Assembly (NCBI GenBank): GCA_041640655.1 | Contig: JBEPZV010000031.1 | Span: forward strand, 1-31,328 | Source: a bacterium | Lineage (GTDB): Bacteria; Acidobacteriota; Blastocatellia; HR10 | Length of the DNA stretch: 31,328 nucleotides | Direction: 5' to 3' | In this document: one piece after another, positions 15,324-24,199 of the stretch | Layout: every line of letters starts with the position of its first letter | Position numbering within the stretch: position 1 is the stretch's first letter | Made by a program: the position numbers and the translations under genes | The notes under the pieces: generated by a model | Databases searched by the model: none | What the model was told of the DNA's origin: nothing | Seen by the model: only the letters and a program-made list of their open reading frames with translations

Positions 15324-17672
15324 ATGCGGAGTGAGAAGATGCGCTGTGGGCTTGGCCTCATCGGCACGCTCATCCTGGCGAGTATAGCGGTCTCTCCACT
15401 GTCGCGCGCCGAGCGCCCGAGCCTGTCAAGACCGGCGGTGTGCAGCGGGCGCCTGCTTCGACTCGACCGACAGTGGTTGCGCGCGAGCGCGCGGGGTCTC
15501 TTCCGCAGCCACGATCAAGGGGCGAGTTGGCAACGCGCGGGACGTGGCTTGGCTCCCGACGTCGTCCCCCTCGTCCTCTGCGCAGCTCCGAGCGATCCAC
15601 ACCGGCTGTACCTGGGGACGCTCCGGCATGGCGTCTACCGCAGCGATGATGGAGGAGAGACGTGGCGACCGGCCCATCACGGATTACCCGAAGCCTCCAT
15701 CGGACAGATCCTCGTGCATCCGGAAGACGCAGATCTCGTCTACGTGGCGACGGACCGCTACGGCATCTATCGCACGCGCGACGGCGGCGAATCCTGGGAA
15801 CCTGCGAACGATGGCCTCCCGGCTCCCTTCGCCTATCGAACCTTCACGCCCCGGCTCGTCATGAGTCCCGCGGATGCCTCGCGCCTCTATGTTTTGATCG
15901 GTGCTCCCCTCCACTCCCATCGCGTGGATCAGGCGGTGTATCGCAGTCGGGATGGCGGCGACCGATGGGAGCGATTCGCCGACCTGCCCGATGAGACGTC
16001 CGTCGAGGACCTGCGCATCAGTCGGTATGATCCGCGCGAGCTGGAGATCGTCCTCGGCGGCAAGGTCCTGCGAATTCGGGACGAGGAGGTCGAAGGAGAA
16101 TCACGCGCCTGGGAGCCGACAGAAGCGCGCGCGGAGAGTCAAGTCGCCGGGGCGCTGGATTTCGACGCCGGAGAGATCGCCGTCCTGCATGATGACGGGA
16201 CGCTGCTTCACGTCTTCGATCTGGAGAAGAAGACGCTGCAATTCACGCCTCTTGGGAATGGCGGTTTCTCCGTCGCTCTCTCGGATCTCCTCTTCGAGGA
16301 GGAGCTCGGACAGCGGTTGGCGCTGCGGAATGATGACGCTCTGGAGGTCACCCTCCCCTTCCGCTTCCCGTTTTACGGGCGAGATCGGGATCGGATGTTC
16401 GTGAACTCCAACGGAAGCCTCTCATTCGGCGGGCGGCGGCTCTCGCCCAATCCCTCGACGGTGAGCGATCTGCCCATGATCGCGGCATTGTGGACGGATC
16501 TGGATCCGAGCACGCGAGGCGGCATCTTCCTCAACGCCACTTCGGAACGCGTTGTCGTCACCTGGAACGACGTGCCGCAGGCGCGCACCTCGAACGTCAA
16601 CACGTTTCAGATCATCCTCGAACGAGATGGGCGCTTCATGCTGAGCTTTCGTCGCGTGGATGCCCAGACGGGGTTGACGGGCGTCTTCAACGGGAACGTG
16701 CTCGCCCAAATCCTCTTCGGCCGCTCGGTGGACTTCTCGGACAGGCTCCCGCTGAGGGATCCCACGCTCCCGGCCGTGTATGAGCTCTTCGATGGCGTCT
16801 TTCGAGATGACCGGATCGCGCAGCGGTTCTATCGATCCCACGCGGACGATTTCGATATGCTCGTGGTCTTCGGCGCCAGCTCGATCCCTTACGACGTGAC
16901 CGATGGCCCATTCGCCTATTACAAGCCGATCCGAAACGACGTCAACGGCATCGGGCAGAGTGTGGGGACCTTTCACGGTGGGCCTCGGGCCTTCGGCAGC
17001 CAGGGCCGTCTTCAGGGCTTTCTCAACATGAATAAGCTCTCGCGATATCCGGCCGATCCCGAGCAGGTGTTTTACAACGGCGTCTACTCGGCGCTCACAC
17101 TGCTGGCGCGGGAGACGGGACGACGCTGGATCGCCTATGTGAATTTCAACGACGGCGGCGTCGAGAGCAGTGCCCTGCGCAGCTACGCCAACGAGTGGAG
17201 CTTCTTCCTCGACACGGATGCTTCCGTCATGGGCGGGAACAATTGGGTGGACAACGGCGATGGGACGTTCGAGAGCTTGGAGGCGGCGCTGCGATACAGC
17301 CCGCTCGATCATTACCTCATGGGCATTCGCTCGCCCCGCGACATCCCCCACTTCTTTCTGATCATCCCGCCGGACGGCTATACGCGTCGCACCGCGAGCA
17401 GCCCGCCGGAGGTCGGCGCTATAGTTCCTGGCACGCCGAAGATGATCACGCTGCAGCAGATCATTCAAGTCGAAGGCCAGCGCGCCCCCGCCTATCCCCG
17501 CGCGCCCACGGTCTTCCGCCAGGCCTTCATCCTCGTCGTGCCCAAAGGCGAGACGGTCTCCGTCAGTGATCTGGAGAAGCTGGACCGCCTCCGCACAGAG
17601 TGGGAGATCTTCTTCCGCATCGCGACGGGAGGACGAGCCCGGATCTCCACACGGTTGAAGACGTCATCCTGA
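15324..17672 (+). CDS. Secreted multidomain protein: Asp-box (BNR/VPS10-like) repeats, NIDO-like domain and degenerate zincin-like domain, 782 aa
   Basis: Signal peptide. Asp-boxes SHDQGASW, SDDGGETW, TRDGGESW, SRDGGDRW. NIDO-like LPFRFPFYG..FVNSNGSLSF, IAALWTDLDP, VVTWNDV, NTFQIIL. C-terminal LLARETGRRW...WSFF...SVM...YSPLDHYLMG. Confidence 0.8.
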   Translation: MRSEKMRCGLGLIGTLILASIAVSPLSRAERPSLSRPAVCSGRLLRLDRQWLRASARGLFRSHDQGASWQRAGRGLAPDVVPLVLCAAPSDPHRLYLGTLRHGVYRSDDGGETWRPAHHGLPEASIGQILVHPEDADLVYVATDRYGIYRTRDGGESWEPANDGLPAPFAYRTFTPRLVMSPADASRLYVLIGAPLHSHRVDQAVYRSRDGGDRWERFADLPDETSVEDLRISRYDPRELEIVLGGKVLRIRDEEVEGESRAWEPTEARAESQVAGALDFDAGEIAVLHDDGTLLHVFDLEKKTLQFTPLGNGGFSVALSDLLFEEELGQRLALRNDDALEVTLPFRFPFYGRDRDRMFVNSNGSLSFGGRRLSPNPSTVSDLPMIAALWTDLDPSTRGGIFLNATSERVVVTWNDVPQARTSNVNTFQIILERDGRFMLSFRRVDAQTGLTGVFNGNVLAQILFGRSVDFSDRLPLRDPTLPAVYELFDGVFRDDRIAQRFYRSHADDFDMLVVFGASSIPYDVTDGPFAYYKPIRNDVNGIGQSVGTFHGGPRAFGSQGRLQGFLNMNKLSRYPADPEQVFYNGVYSALTLLARETGRRWIAYVNFNDGGVESSALRSYANEWSFFLDTDASVMGGNNWVDNGDGTFESLEAALRYSPLDHYLMGIRSPRDIPHFFLIIPPDGYTRRTASSPPEVGAIVPGTPKMITLQQIIQVEGQRAPAYPRAPTVFRQAFILVVPKGETVSVSDLEKLDRLRTEWEIFFRIATGGRARISTRLKTSS

Positions 17673-17804
17673 GCGAAAGGCCTGAAAGAGCATAGGCCAA
17701 CACCCCCCGCCTGCCGCCGATGCGCAGGGGGTGGACTCCCCTCGCTCAGGACGCAGAGATTGGGCCTCGCGGGGAATCCCCTTCCGTTTGGTCACGACGC
17801 TTCC

Positions 17805-17833
17805 TTGACGAATACGGGCGGACCAGGGAGAAT
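17805..17833 (+). promoter_or_regulatory. Sigma70 promoter of the sdh operon
   Basis: TTGACG-N17-GAGAAT, 33 nt upstream of sdhC. Confidence 0.55.
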
Positions 17834-17866
17834 TGAAGGCTCAAGCGCCAATCGGGGAGATGGGAC

Positions 17867-18220
17867 ATGTATCGAGGGCGCGAAGGGATGTGGTCGTGGA
17901 TCCTGCATCGCGTGACCGGCCTGGGGATCCTGCTCTTTCTCGCCATTCACATCGTGGATATTTACCTGTTGGGATGGCCGGACCTGTTCAACAAGCTCCT
18001 CTTCTTCTATCGCCATCCGGTCTTTCGGGTGGGTGAGGTCTTTCTCGCGGCGGCCGCGCTCTATCACGCGCTCAATGGCATTCGCATTATGCTTGTGGAC
18101 TTCTGGGTGGAGGGGACGCGGTTCCATCGCCAGATCTTCTGGGCGCAAATGGTGCTCTTTCTGCTCATTTGGATCCCAGCATCGCTGTGGATGCTGAGTC
18201 CGGTCGTCTTCGGGCGATGA
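17867..18220 (+). CDS. sdhC: Succinate dehydrogenase cytochrome b subunit
   Basis: MYRGREGMWSWILHRVTG and YHALNGIRI motifs, three hydrophobic segments, first gene of the operon. Confidence 0.93.
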   Translation: MYRGREGMWSWILHRVTGLGILLFLAIHIVDIYLLGWPDLFNKLLFFYRHPVFRVGEVFLAAAALYHALNGIRIMLVDFWVEGTRFHRQIFWAQMVLFLLIWIPASLWMLSPVVFGR

Positions 18221-18227
18221 GGAGGGG

Positions 18228-18626
18228 ATGATGTACGCGGGACGAGAGCGACCGACGGGAGGGTTTGAGCTCTTCGCCTGGTTCTTCATGCGCATTTCGG
18301 GACTCGTGTTGATCATCTTGGTGCTCGGGCACCTGGCCATCATGCATGTGATCCACACGGTGGACGAAATTGATTTCGATTTCGTCGCGAGGCGATGGGG
18401 GAGCCCGTTCTGGCGCACCTATGATCTGGTGATGCTGTGGCTGGCCCTCTTGCATGGCCTGAACGGGCTTCGGATGGTCATTGACGATTACGTGCATCGG
18501 CGGGGATGGCGCGTCGTCTCACTCGCGGCGCTGGCGGTGATCGGCTTCGTGCTCCTGGCGATGGGCACGCAGATCATCTTCACGTTCGAGGTCCCGACCG
18601 GGCAAATGGCATCCGGGCGTCCATGA
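18228..18626 (+). CDS. sdhD: Succinate dehydrogenase hydrophobic membrane anchor
   Basis: WFFMRISG, LGHLAIMH, LLHGLNGLRMVIDDY, three hydrophobic segments. Confidence 0.92.
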   Translation: MMYAGRERPTGGFELFAWFFMRISGLVLIILVLGHLAIMHVIHTVDEIDFDFVARRWGSPFWRTYDLVMLWLALLHGLNGLRMVIDDYVHRRGWRVVSLAALAVIGFVLLAMGTQIIFTFEVPTGQMASGRP

Positions 18627-18641
18627 AGGGAGGGAGCGATC

Positions 18642-20375
18642 ATGACGACCGTTCATCGGTATGATGCCGTGATCGTCGGCGCGGGAGGGGCGGGGTTGCG
18701 CGCGGCTCTGGAAGTCGCTCAAGCAACGCCGCGTGTGGCCGTCGTGAGCAAGCTCTATCCCATTCGCTCGCACACGGGCACGGCTCAAGGGGGGATCGGC
18801 GCCGCCCTGGGCAACATGGAGGAAGATCATTGGGAATGGCACATGTTCGACACGGTCAAGGGCAGCGATTATCTGGCCGATCAGGATGCCGTGGAGATCA
18901 TGTGCCAGGAGGCGATCACGTGCGTCTATGAACTGGAGCATTGGGGCTTGCCCTTCGATCGCACGCCAGAGGGGAAGATCGCGCAGCGGCGCTTCGGCGG
19001 CCACACGCGCAATTTCGGAGAGGCCCCCGTGCGACGCGCGTGCCATGCCGCCGATCGAACGGGCCACATGATCTTGCAGACGCTCTATCAGCAGTGCATC
19101 AAGCACGAGGTCCAATTCTTCAACGAATTCCACGTCCTGGACCTGTTGCTGGAGGATAACATCTGTCGCGGTATCGTCGCCCTCTCACTCGCGGACGGAG
19201 AGCTGCACGTCTTTCACGCGAAGGCCGTCTTGTTCGCGACCGGTGGGTTCGGCCGCATGTACAAGGTCACCAGCAATGCGCGCTCGCTCACCGGAGACGG
19301 CGTGGCCATCGCCTTGCGTCGGGGGATTCCGCTGGAGGACATGGAGTTCTTCCAGTTTCATCCGACGGGGATTTATAAGCTCGGCATTCTCATCTCCGAG
19401 GCGGCGCGCGGCGAAGGGGGCATCTTGCGCAATCGTCAGGGCGAGCGCTTCATGGAACGTTACGCGCCGACGCTTCTGGATCTGGCCCCGCGCGACATCA
19501 TCTCCCGCTGCATGTACATGGAGATCCGCGAGGGGCGCGGCATTGAGGGGAAGGACTATTTGCATCTGGACCTGACGCATTTGGGGCGGGAGGTCATCGA
19601 GAAGAAGTTGCCCGACATCACCGACTTCGCGCGGACCTATCTCGGCATTGATCCCGTTCGGGAGCCGATCCCGGTGCAACCGACGGCCCATTACGCCATG
19701 GGGGGGATCCCGACCGATGTGCACGGTCGCGTCATCCGGGATGAGAAGAACACGCCCGTGCTCGGCTTCTATGCGGCGGGCGAATGCGCGTGCGTCTCCG
19801 TGCATGGGGCGAATCGGCTCGGCACGAACTCACTCGTGGATATTCTCGTCTTCGGGAAGCTGGCCGGTCGGCACATGGCCGAGTACATTCGCGGCGCGGA
19901 TTTCGCTCCCCTGCCCAAGGACGCCGATGGACCGGCGCGCCAGGAATGCGAGCGGTTGCTCACAAGTAACGGGGCGGAGTCGGTCGCGCGATTGCGCGAG
20001 ACCTTGCAGCGCGAGATGATGGACAAAGCCGCCGTCTTCCGGACGCGGGAGGGCTTGGAGACGATGCTCGCCACCTTGAAGGAGCTGAAGGACCGGTATC
20101 GGCGCATCCGCTTGCAGGACAAGGGGAAGATCTTCAACACGGATCTTCAGGAGGCGCTCGAATTGGGCTATCTGCTGGATCTCGCGGAGGTGACGGTCGT
20201 CAGCGCCCTGGCGCGGCGCGAGAGTCGAGGCGCGCATTATCGCGAGGACTTCCCCAAGCGCGATGATGCCCAGTGGCTCAAGCACACGCTCGCCTATCGC
20301 CTCAACGGCGAATATGAGTTGCGCTACAAGCCGGTGGTGATCACCCGGTTTCAACCCGTCGAACGGAAATACTGA
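18642..20375 (+). CDS. sdhA: Succinate dehydrogenase flavoprotein subunit
   Basis: GAGGAG FAD motif, RSHTGTAQGG (covalent-FAD His), QFHPTG, EAARGEGG, HYAMGGI, HGANRLGTNSL, ESRGAH. Confidence 0.97.
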   Translation: MTTVHRYDAVIVGAGGAGLRAALEVAQATPRVAVVSKLYPIRSHTGTAQGGIGAALGNMEEDHWEWHMFDTVKGSDYLADQDAVEIMCQEAITCVYELEHWGLPFDRTPEGKIAQRRFGGHTRNFGEAPVRRACHAADRTGHMILQTLYQQCIKHEVQFFNEFHVLDLLLEDNICRGIVALSLADGELHVFHAKAVLFATGGFGRMYKVTSNARSLTGDGVAIALRRGIPLEDMEFFQFHPTGIYKLGILISEAARGEGGILRNRQGERFMERYAPTLLDLAPRDIISRCMYMEIREGRGIEGKDYLHLDLTHLGREVIEKKLPDITDFARTYLGIDPVREPIPVQPTAHYAMGGIPTDVHGRVIRDEKNTPVLGFYAAGECACVSVHGANRLGTNSLVDILVFGKLAGRHMAEYIRGADFAPLPKDADGPARQECERLLTSNGAESVARLRETLQREMMDKAAVFRTREGLETMLATLKELKDRYRRIRLQDKGKIFNTDLQEALELGYLLDLAEVTVVSALARRESRGAHYREDFPKRDDAQWLKHTLAYRLNGEYELRYKPVVITRFQPVERKY

Positions 20376-20389
20376 AGCGGAGAGAGCGT

Positions 20390-21088
20390 ATGCGCGTGCT
20401 GATGAAGATCAAGCGCTTCAATCCAGAACGCGATCGGACGCCTTATTGGGCGGAGTACGAGGTGGAGGTCGAGCCGGTGGATCGCGTTCTGGATGCGCTG
20501 GAGTACGTCAAATGGCACCTGGATGGCACGCTCACGTTTCGACGTTCGTGCGCGCACGGCATCTGCGGCTCCGATGCCATGCTCATCAACGGTCGCAACC
20601 GGCTGGCGTGCAAGGTGCTCGTCAAAGACCTGGGATCTCCCATCACGGTCGAACCACTGCGCGGCTTTCCCGTGGTCAAGGACCTGGTCGTGGACATGGA
20701 GGGCTTCTTCGCGAAGTATCGAGCGATCAAGCCCTACCTCATCAACGACGAGCTGCCGCCGGAGACCGAACGGCGGCAATCCCCCGAGGAACGCGCGCGC
20801 TTTGATGATACGACCAAATGCATCCTCTGTGGCGCGTGCACGACGGCATGTCCCTCGTTCTGGGCCAACGGTGAATATATCGGCCCAGCGGCCATCGTGA
20901 ACGCGCACCGGTTCATCTTCGATAGCCGCGATCGTGGGGCGGCCGAACGGTTGGCCATCTTGAACACGCGCCTGGGCGTCTGGCGGTGCCGCACGATCTT
21001 CAATTGCGTCGAAGCGTGTCCGCGCGGCATTGATGTCACGCGCGCGATCGCTGAGGTGAAGCGGGCCTTGCTCTTCTCCGGCACCTAG
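20390..21088 (+). CDS. sdhB: Succinate dehydrogenase iron-sulfur subunit
   Basis: SCAHGICGSD...LAC ([2Fe-2S]), CILCGACTTACP, CRTIFNCVEACP. Confidence 0.97.
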   Translation: MRVLMKIKRFNPERDRTPYWAEYEVEVEPVDRVLDALEYVKWHLDGTLTFRRSCAHGICGSDAMLINGRNRLACKVLVKDLGSPITVEPLRGFPVVKDLVVDMEGFFAKYRAIKPYLINDELPPETERRQSPEERARFDDTTKCILCGACTTACPSFWANGEYIGPAAIVNAHRFIFDSRDRGAAERLAILNTRLGVWRCRTIFNCVEACPRGIDVTRAIAEVKRALLFSGT

Positions 21089-21104
21089 CGCGGGTTTTCC
21101 CGAA

Positions 21105-21152
21105 GGAGGGGCCGGGCTGAATGATCCCCCGCCTCCACCCCTCGGCCCCTCC
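21105..21152. terminator. Inverted repeat between convergent sdhB and glnE
   Basis: GGAGGGGCCGGG (21105-21116) pairs with CTCGGCCCCTCC (21141-21152); 24-nt loop, followed by ATTT. Confidence 0.4.
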
Positions 21153-21176
21153 ATTTGAGCGCTCCGCGAATGCGTC

Positions 21177-24056
21177 TCACCGCACGATCTCCTCGTAGGC
21201 CGAGCGGATGCGCTGCCGCTGCTCCGCGTGCTCCCGCTCCAGGTCCTCAGGCGAGGGGAAGCCCAGCCACTTGGCCACTTCTTCGAGCATGGCGCGATGA
21301 GTGGGCAGCGCATGCAGGGAACGCCCCCTCATCACGCGCAAGGCATGATCGAGCTGGCGGAGGAAGGTGTATCCGGCCCCGAGGCGCTCATATTGCGTCG
21401 GCGTGAGGACGCCGCATTCGTACAAATGGGCGATCAAGGGGATCGTCCCGCGCTCTTCAGGTTCAGGGATCCGGTGCTTCAATTGGAGGTATCGCGTGGC
21501 GAAATAGACATCCATCATCCCGCCCTTGCCGAATTTGAAGTCTCGCAGGGAGGTGGGGCGAGCCTTCTCCCGCTCGATCCGATCGCGCATCTCGCGCACT
21601 TCGAGAGCGAGCATCTCGGGCGCCTTCGGCGCGTGATGCAGAATGAGCGCTTGGAGCTCCTCATGGACGCTGCGGCCGAAATCCGAATCCCCGACGACGG
21701 GGAAGGCTTTCAGATAGGCGAGCCGCTCCCACGTGGCCGCCTTCGTCCTCAGGTAGTCGCAAAATGCCGACCGGCTCTGGGCCAGCGGAGACGCGCTCCC
21801 CCCAGGCCGCAGGCGCAGGTCCACGCGATAGAGATACCCCTCGTGCGTGATCGTCGAGAGGACGTGGATCATCAGCTCCACCATGTGCACGTAGGCTTCC
21901 TGTGTTGAGAGCGGGCGCACAGGGCTCGCCACCCGATCGTCGTACACGACGATGAGATCCAGATCCGAACCATAATCCACGCCATTATGGCCGAGTCGCC
22001 CGAGGCCGAGGATGGTGAAGACGGCGGGCGCATCGTCCGCGCCGTATCGGCGCTGCGACGTTCGCAGGGCCAATTCAGCAGCGACTTCGAGCGAAGCCGC
22101 AGCGAGTGCTGTCTGAAGCGCATTGACCTGACGCAGCGCCATTCGACCGGCGACATCCTGGTACCCGATGCGAAGCAGCTCTGCCGTCCACGCGCGGCGC
22201 AACGCGTTCATGGCGCGCGTCAGTCCCTCTGGCTCGCCCCCGTATGCGCTCAGCTCTTCCCGAAGGCGCCGCGCGTACCAGGCGCGATCGGGCGCGCGCG
22301 CGATCTCCGGGAAGTTCGAGAGCCGCCAGAACTGTTCGGGATGCCGGATCAGCAACTGGGCGAGGAAATCGCTCGCGCCGAAGAAGCCGAGCAGCGCGGG
22401 CACTTCCGCCAAGAGCGCGCGCACGGTCTCGACGCGCTCCGAAGGTCTGGCCGATCGCGCGGCGGACGGCGAGGCCGTCAGTTCAGCGATCCACGCGCTG
22501 AAGTTCGTGACGGCCCGATTCGGATTGAGCGCGCGCCGCACGCCCTCTAGGATCGGCCCCTTCGCCTCCGCCCAGCGCACGCCGGAATGCGGGAAAGCGC
22601 GAACGAGGCTGCGCCAAACGGCCTCGGCCCACGTCTCCGGAGAAGTCTCGGCCCGACCCCCCGGAGCCCCATGACGCGCGCGCCGGAGTGGGGCTTTCTC
22701 ACGAAAGACGCGCTCGAAGATGGCTATGACCCTCTGACGATGACGCTCCAGATCGCGGAGCAGCTCCGGACCGTCGGCGTACCCCATGCGCCGGGCCAGC
22801 TGCCGCAACTTCTCCTCATCTCGCGGGACCACGTGCGTGCGCACGCCGTGCTCCATCTGCAACCGATGCTCGAGCGTCCGAAGGAAGACGTAGGCCTCGG
22901 CCAAATGCGCCCGCTCTTGATCGGTCAACCACCCTTTATCCGCGAGACGTTGCATCCCGATGAGGATTTGCGGATGACGCACCCAGGGATCACGCCCGCC
23001 GTGATAGAGCTGAAGCGCCTGCACGATGAACTCGATCTCGCGGATGCCCCCGCGTCCGAGCTTGATGTCCACCCCATGGGGGGAGGCCTTCTCCTGATCC
23101 AATCGCTCCTTGGAGGCGCGAATGTCATCGAGGATCTCGGCAAGAGGTTCCTGTCGGTAGAGCACATCGCCCACGCGCGCGAGGAATTCCCGGACGAGCG
23201 CCTCGCTGCCGGCCGCGGCGCGCGCGCGGATGAGCGCCTGTCGCTCCCACTGGCGCGCCTCCGCGCGATAGTACGCGACGGCCTCATCGAGCGTCACCAC
23301 CAGATCTCCATCGCGCCCGCGCGGGCGCAGGCGCAGATCCACGCGATAGACGGCGCCCTCTGGACCAACCCCGCTGATGAGGCGCGTGATTCGCGCGGCG
23401 AGCTTGGTGAAGAACTCCTTGTTCGTCATCTGCTGCGACGACGTCCGGCCCTCGCCCGAGTAGAGGTAGAACAGGTCAATGTCGGAGGCGTAATTCAGCT
23501 CCTGGCTGCCGAGTTTCCCCAAGGCGACAATGGCGAACTCGGCCTCGCGCAGACGGCCGCGCGCATCGGCGACCTCCGGCCGACCATAGCGATCCACCAG
23601 GTCTTGCCAACTGCGCCAGAGCGCATGCTGAAGGATGACATCGGCCAGGTCCGACAGCTCGCGCATCGTCTCGGCGAGCGTCGCCCGCCGCAAGCAATCC
23701 CGCGCGTAGATGCGCAGCAGCTCCCGCTGCTTGAATCGAAACAGGATGCGCGCGTACTCCAGATCCGCCTGCATCGCGGCGAATCGCGCCAAGTCGGCGA
23801 ACACCTCTTCCTTGGACTTGACTCGATCCAAATCCTCCGCGGCGAACCACTGGATATATTCGGGATGCGCGAGCAGGACGTCCCCGAGGTACGAACTGTG
23901 CGTGGCCAGGACCAACAGATGCGCGAGCACCGTCGGCTGCGCGCGACAGAGGGGGATCACCTCAGGATGCTCCTCGCCGAGCCGCGCCAGGAATGTGCGC
24001 GCGATCTCTGGCGTCGGCAGGCTCTCGATGAATTCTTCCGAAAGTCGCACCGCCAT
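21177..24056 (-). CDS. glnE: Bifunctional glutamine synthetase adenylyltransferase/adenylyl-removing enzyme
   Basis: Two nucleotidyltransferase domains: LGKLGSQELNYASDIDL...YRVDLRLRP.G...WERQALIRAR...IKLGRGGIREIEF, and LGRLG...DYGSDLDL...YRVDLRLRP...WERLAY...FKFGKGGMMDVYF. Confidence 0.93.
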   Translation of the reverse strand: MAVRLSEEFIESLPTPEIARTFLARLGEEHPEVIPLCRAQPTVLAHLLVLATHSSYLGDVLLAHPEYIQWFAAEDLDRVKSKEEVFADLARFAAMQADLEYARILFRFKQRELLRIYARDCLRRATLAETMRELSDLADVILQHALWRSWQDLVDRYGRPEVADARGRLREAEFAIVALGKLGSQELNYASDIDLFYLYSGEGRTSSQQMTNKEFFTKLAARITRLISGVGPEGAVYRVDLRLRPRGRDGDLVVTLDEAVAYYRAEARQWERQALIRARAAAGSEALVREFLARVGDVLYRQEPLAEILDDIRASKERLDQEKASPHGVDIKLGRGGIREIEFIVQALQLYHGGRDPWVRHPQILIGMQRLADKGWLTDQERAHLAEAYVFLRTLEHRLQMEHGVRTHVVPRDEEKLRQLARRMGYADGPELLRDLERHRQRVIAIFERVFREKAPLRRARHGAPGGRAETSPETWAEAVWRSLVRAFPHSGVRWAEAKGPILEGVRRALNPNRAVTNFSAWIAELTASPSAARSARPSERVETVRALLAEVPALLGFFGASDFLAQLLIRHPEQFWRLSNFPEIARAPDRAWYARRLREELSAYGGEPEGLTRAMNALRRAWTAELLRIGYQDVAGRMALRQVNALQTALAAASLEVAAELALRTSQRRYGADDAPAVFTILGLGRLGHNGVDYGSDLDLIVVYDDRVASPVRPLSTQEAYVHMVELMIHVLSTITHEGYLYRVDLRLRPGGSASPLAQSRSAFCDYLRTKAATWERLAYLKAFPVVGDSDFGRSVHEELQALILHHAPKAPEMLALEVREMRDRIEREKARPTSLRDFKFGKGGMMDVYFATRYLQLKHRIPEPEERGTIPLIAHLYECGVLTPTQYERLGAGYTFLRQLDHALRVMRGRSLHALPTHRAMLEEVAKWLGFPSPEDLEREHAEQRQRIRSAYEEIVR

Positions 24057-24076
24057 CGCACGAGCATCCCGCAGGG

Positions 24077-24106
24077 ATTGTAAATCACCGTTCCGAGGGC
24101 TTTCAA
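24077..24106 (-). promoter_or_regulatory. Sigma70 promoter for glnE
   Basis: Minus strand TTGAAA-N18-TACAAT, with the -10 ending 20 nt before the ATG. Confidence 0.6.
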
Positions 24107-24132
24107 CGCGCGCGTTCCGGTCGGCCCGCGCC

Positions 24133-24162
24133 TTGTTCCCGCGCGCGCCCTCTGTCTATGAT
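24133..24162 (+). promoter_or_regulatory. Sigma70 promoter for the RluD-like gene
   Basis: TTGTTC-N18-TATGAT. The track's ATG at 24158 lies inside this -10 element. Confidence 0.5.
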
Positions 24163-24199
24163 GAAGAAACGGGGGTCGAACCTGCTCCAGAGGTGCGTC

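Noticed and set aside
20540..20612. Asp in place of the third Cys of the SdhB [2Fe-2S] motif (CAHGICGSD)
   Set aside because: A known normal variant, also present in E. coli SdhB.
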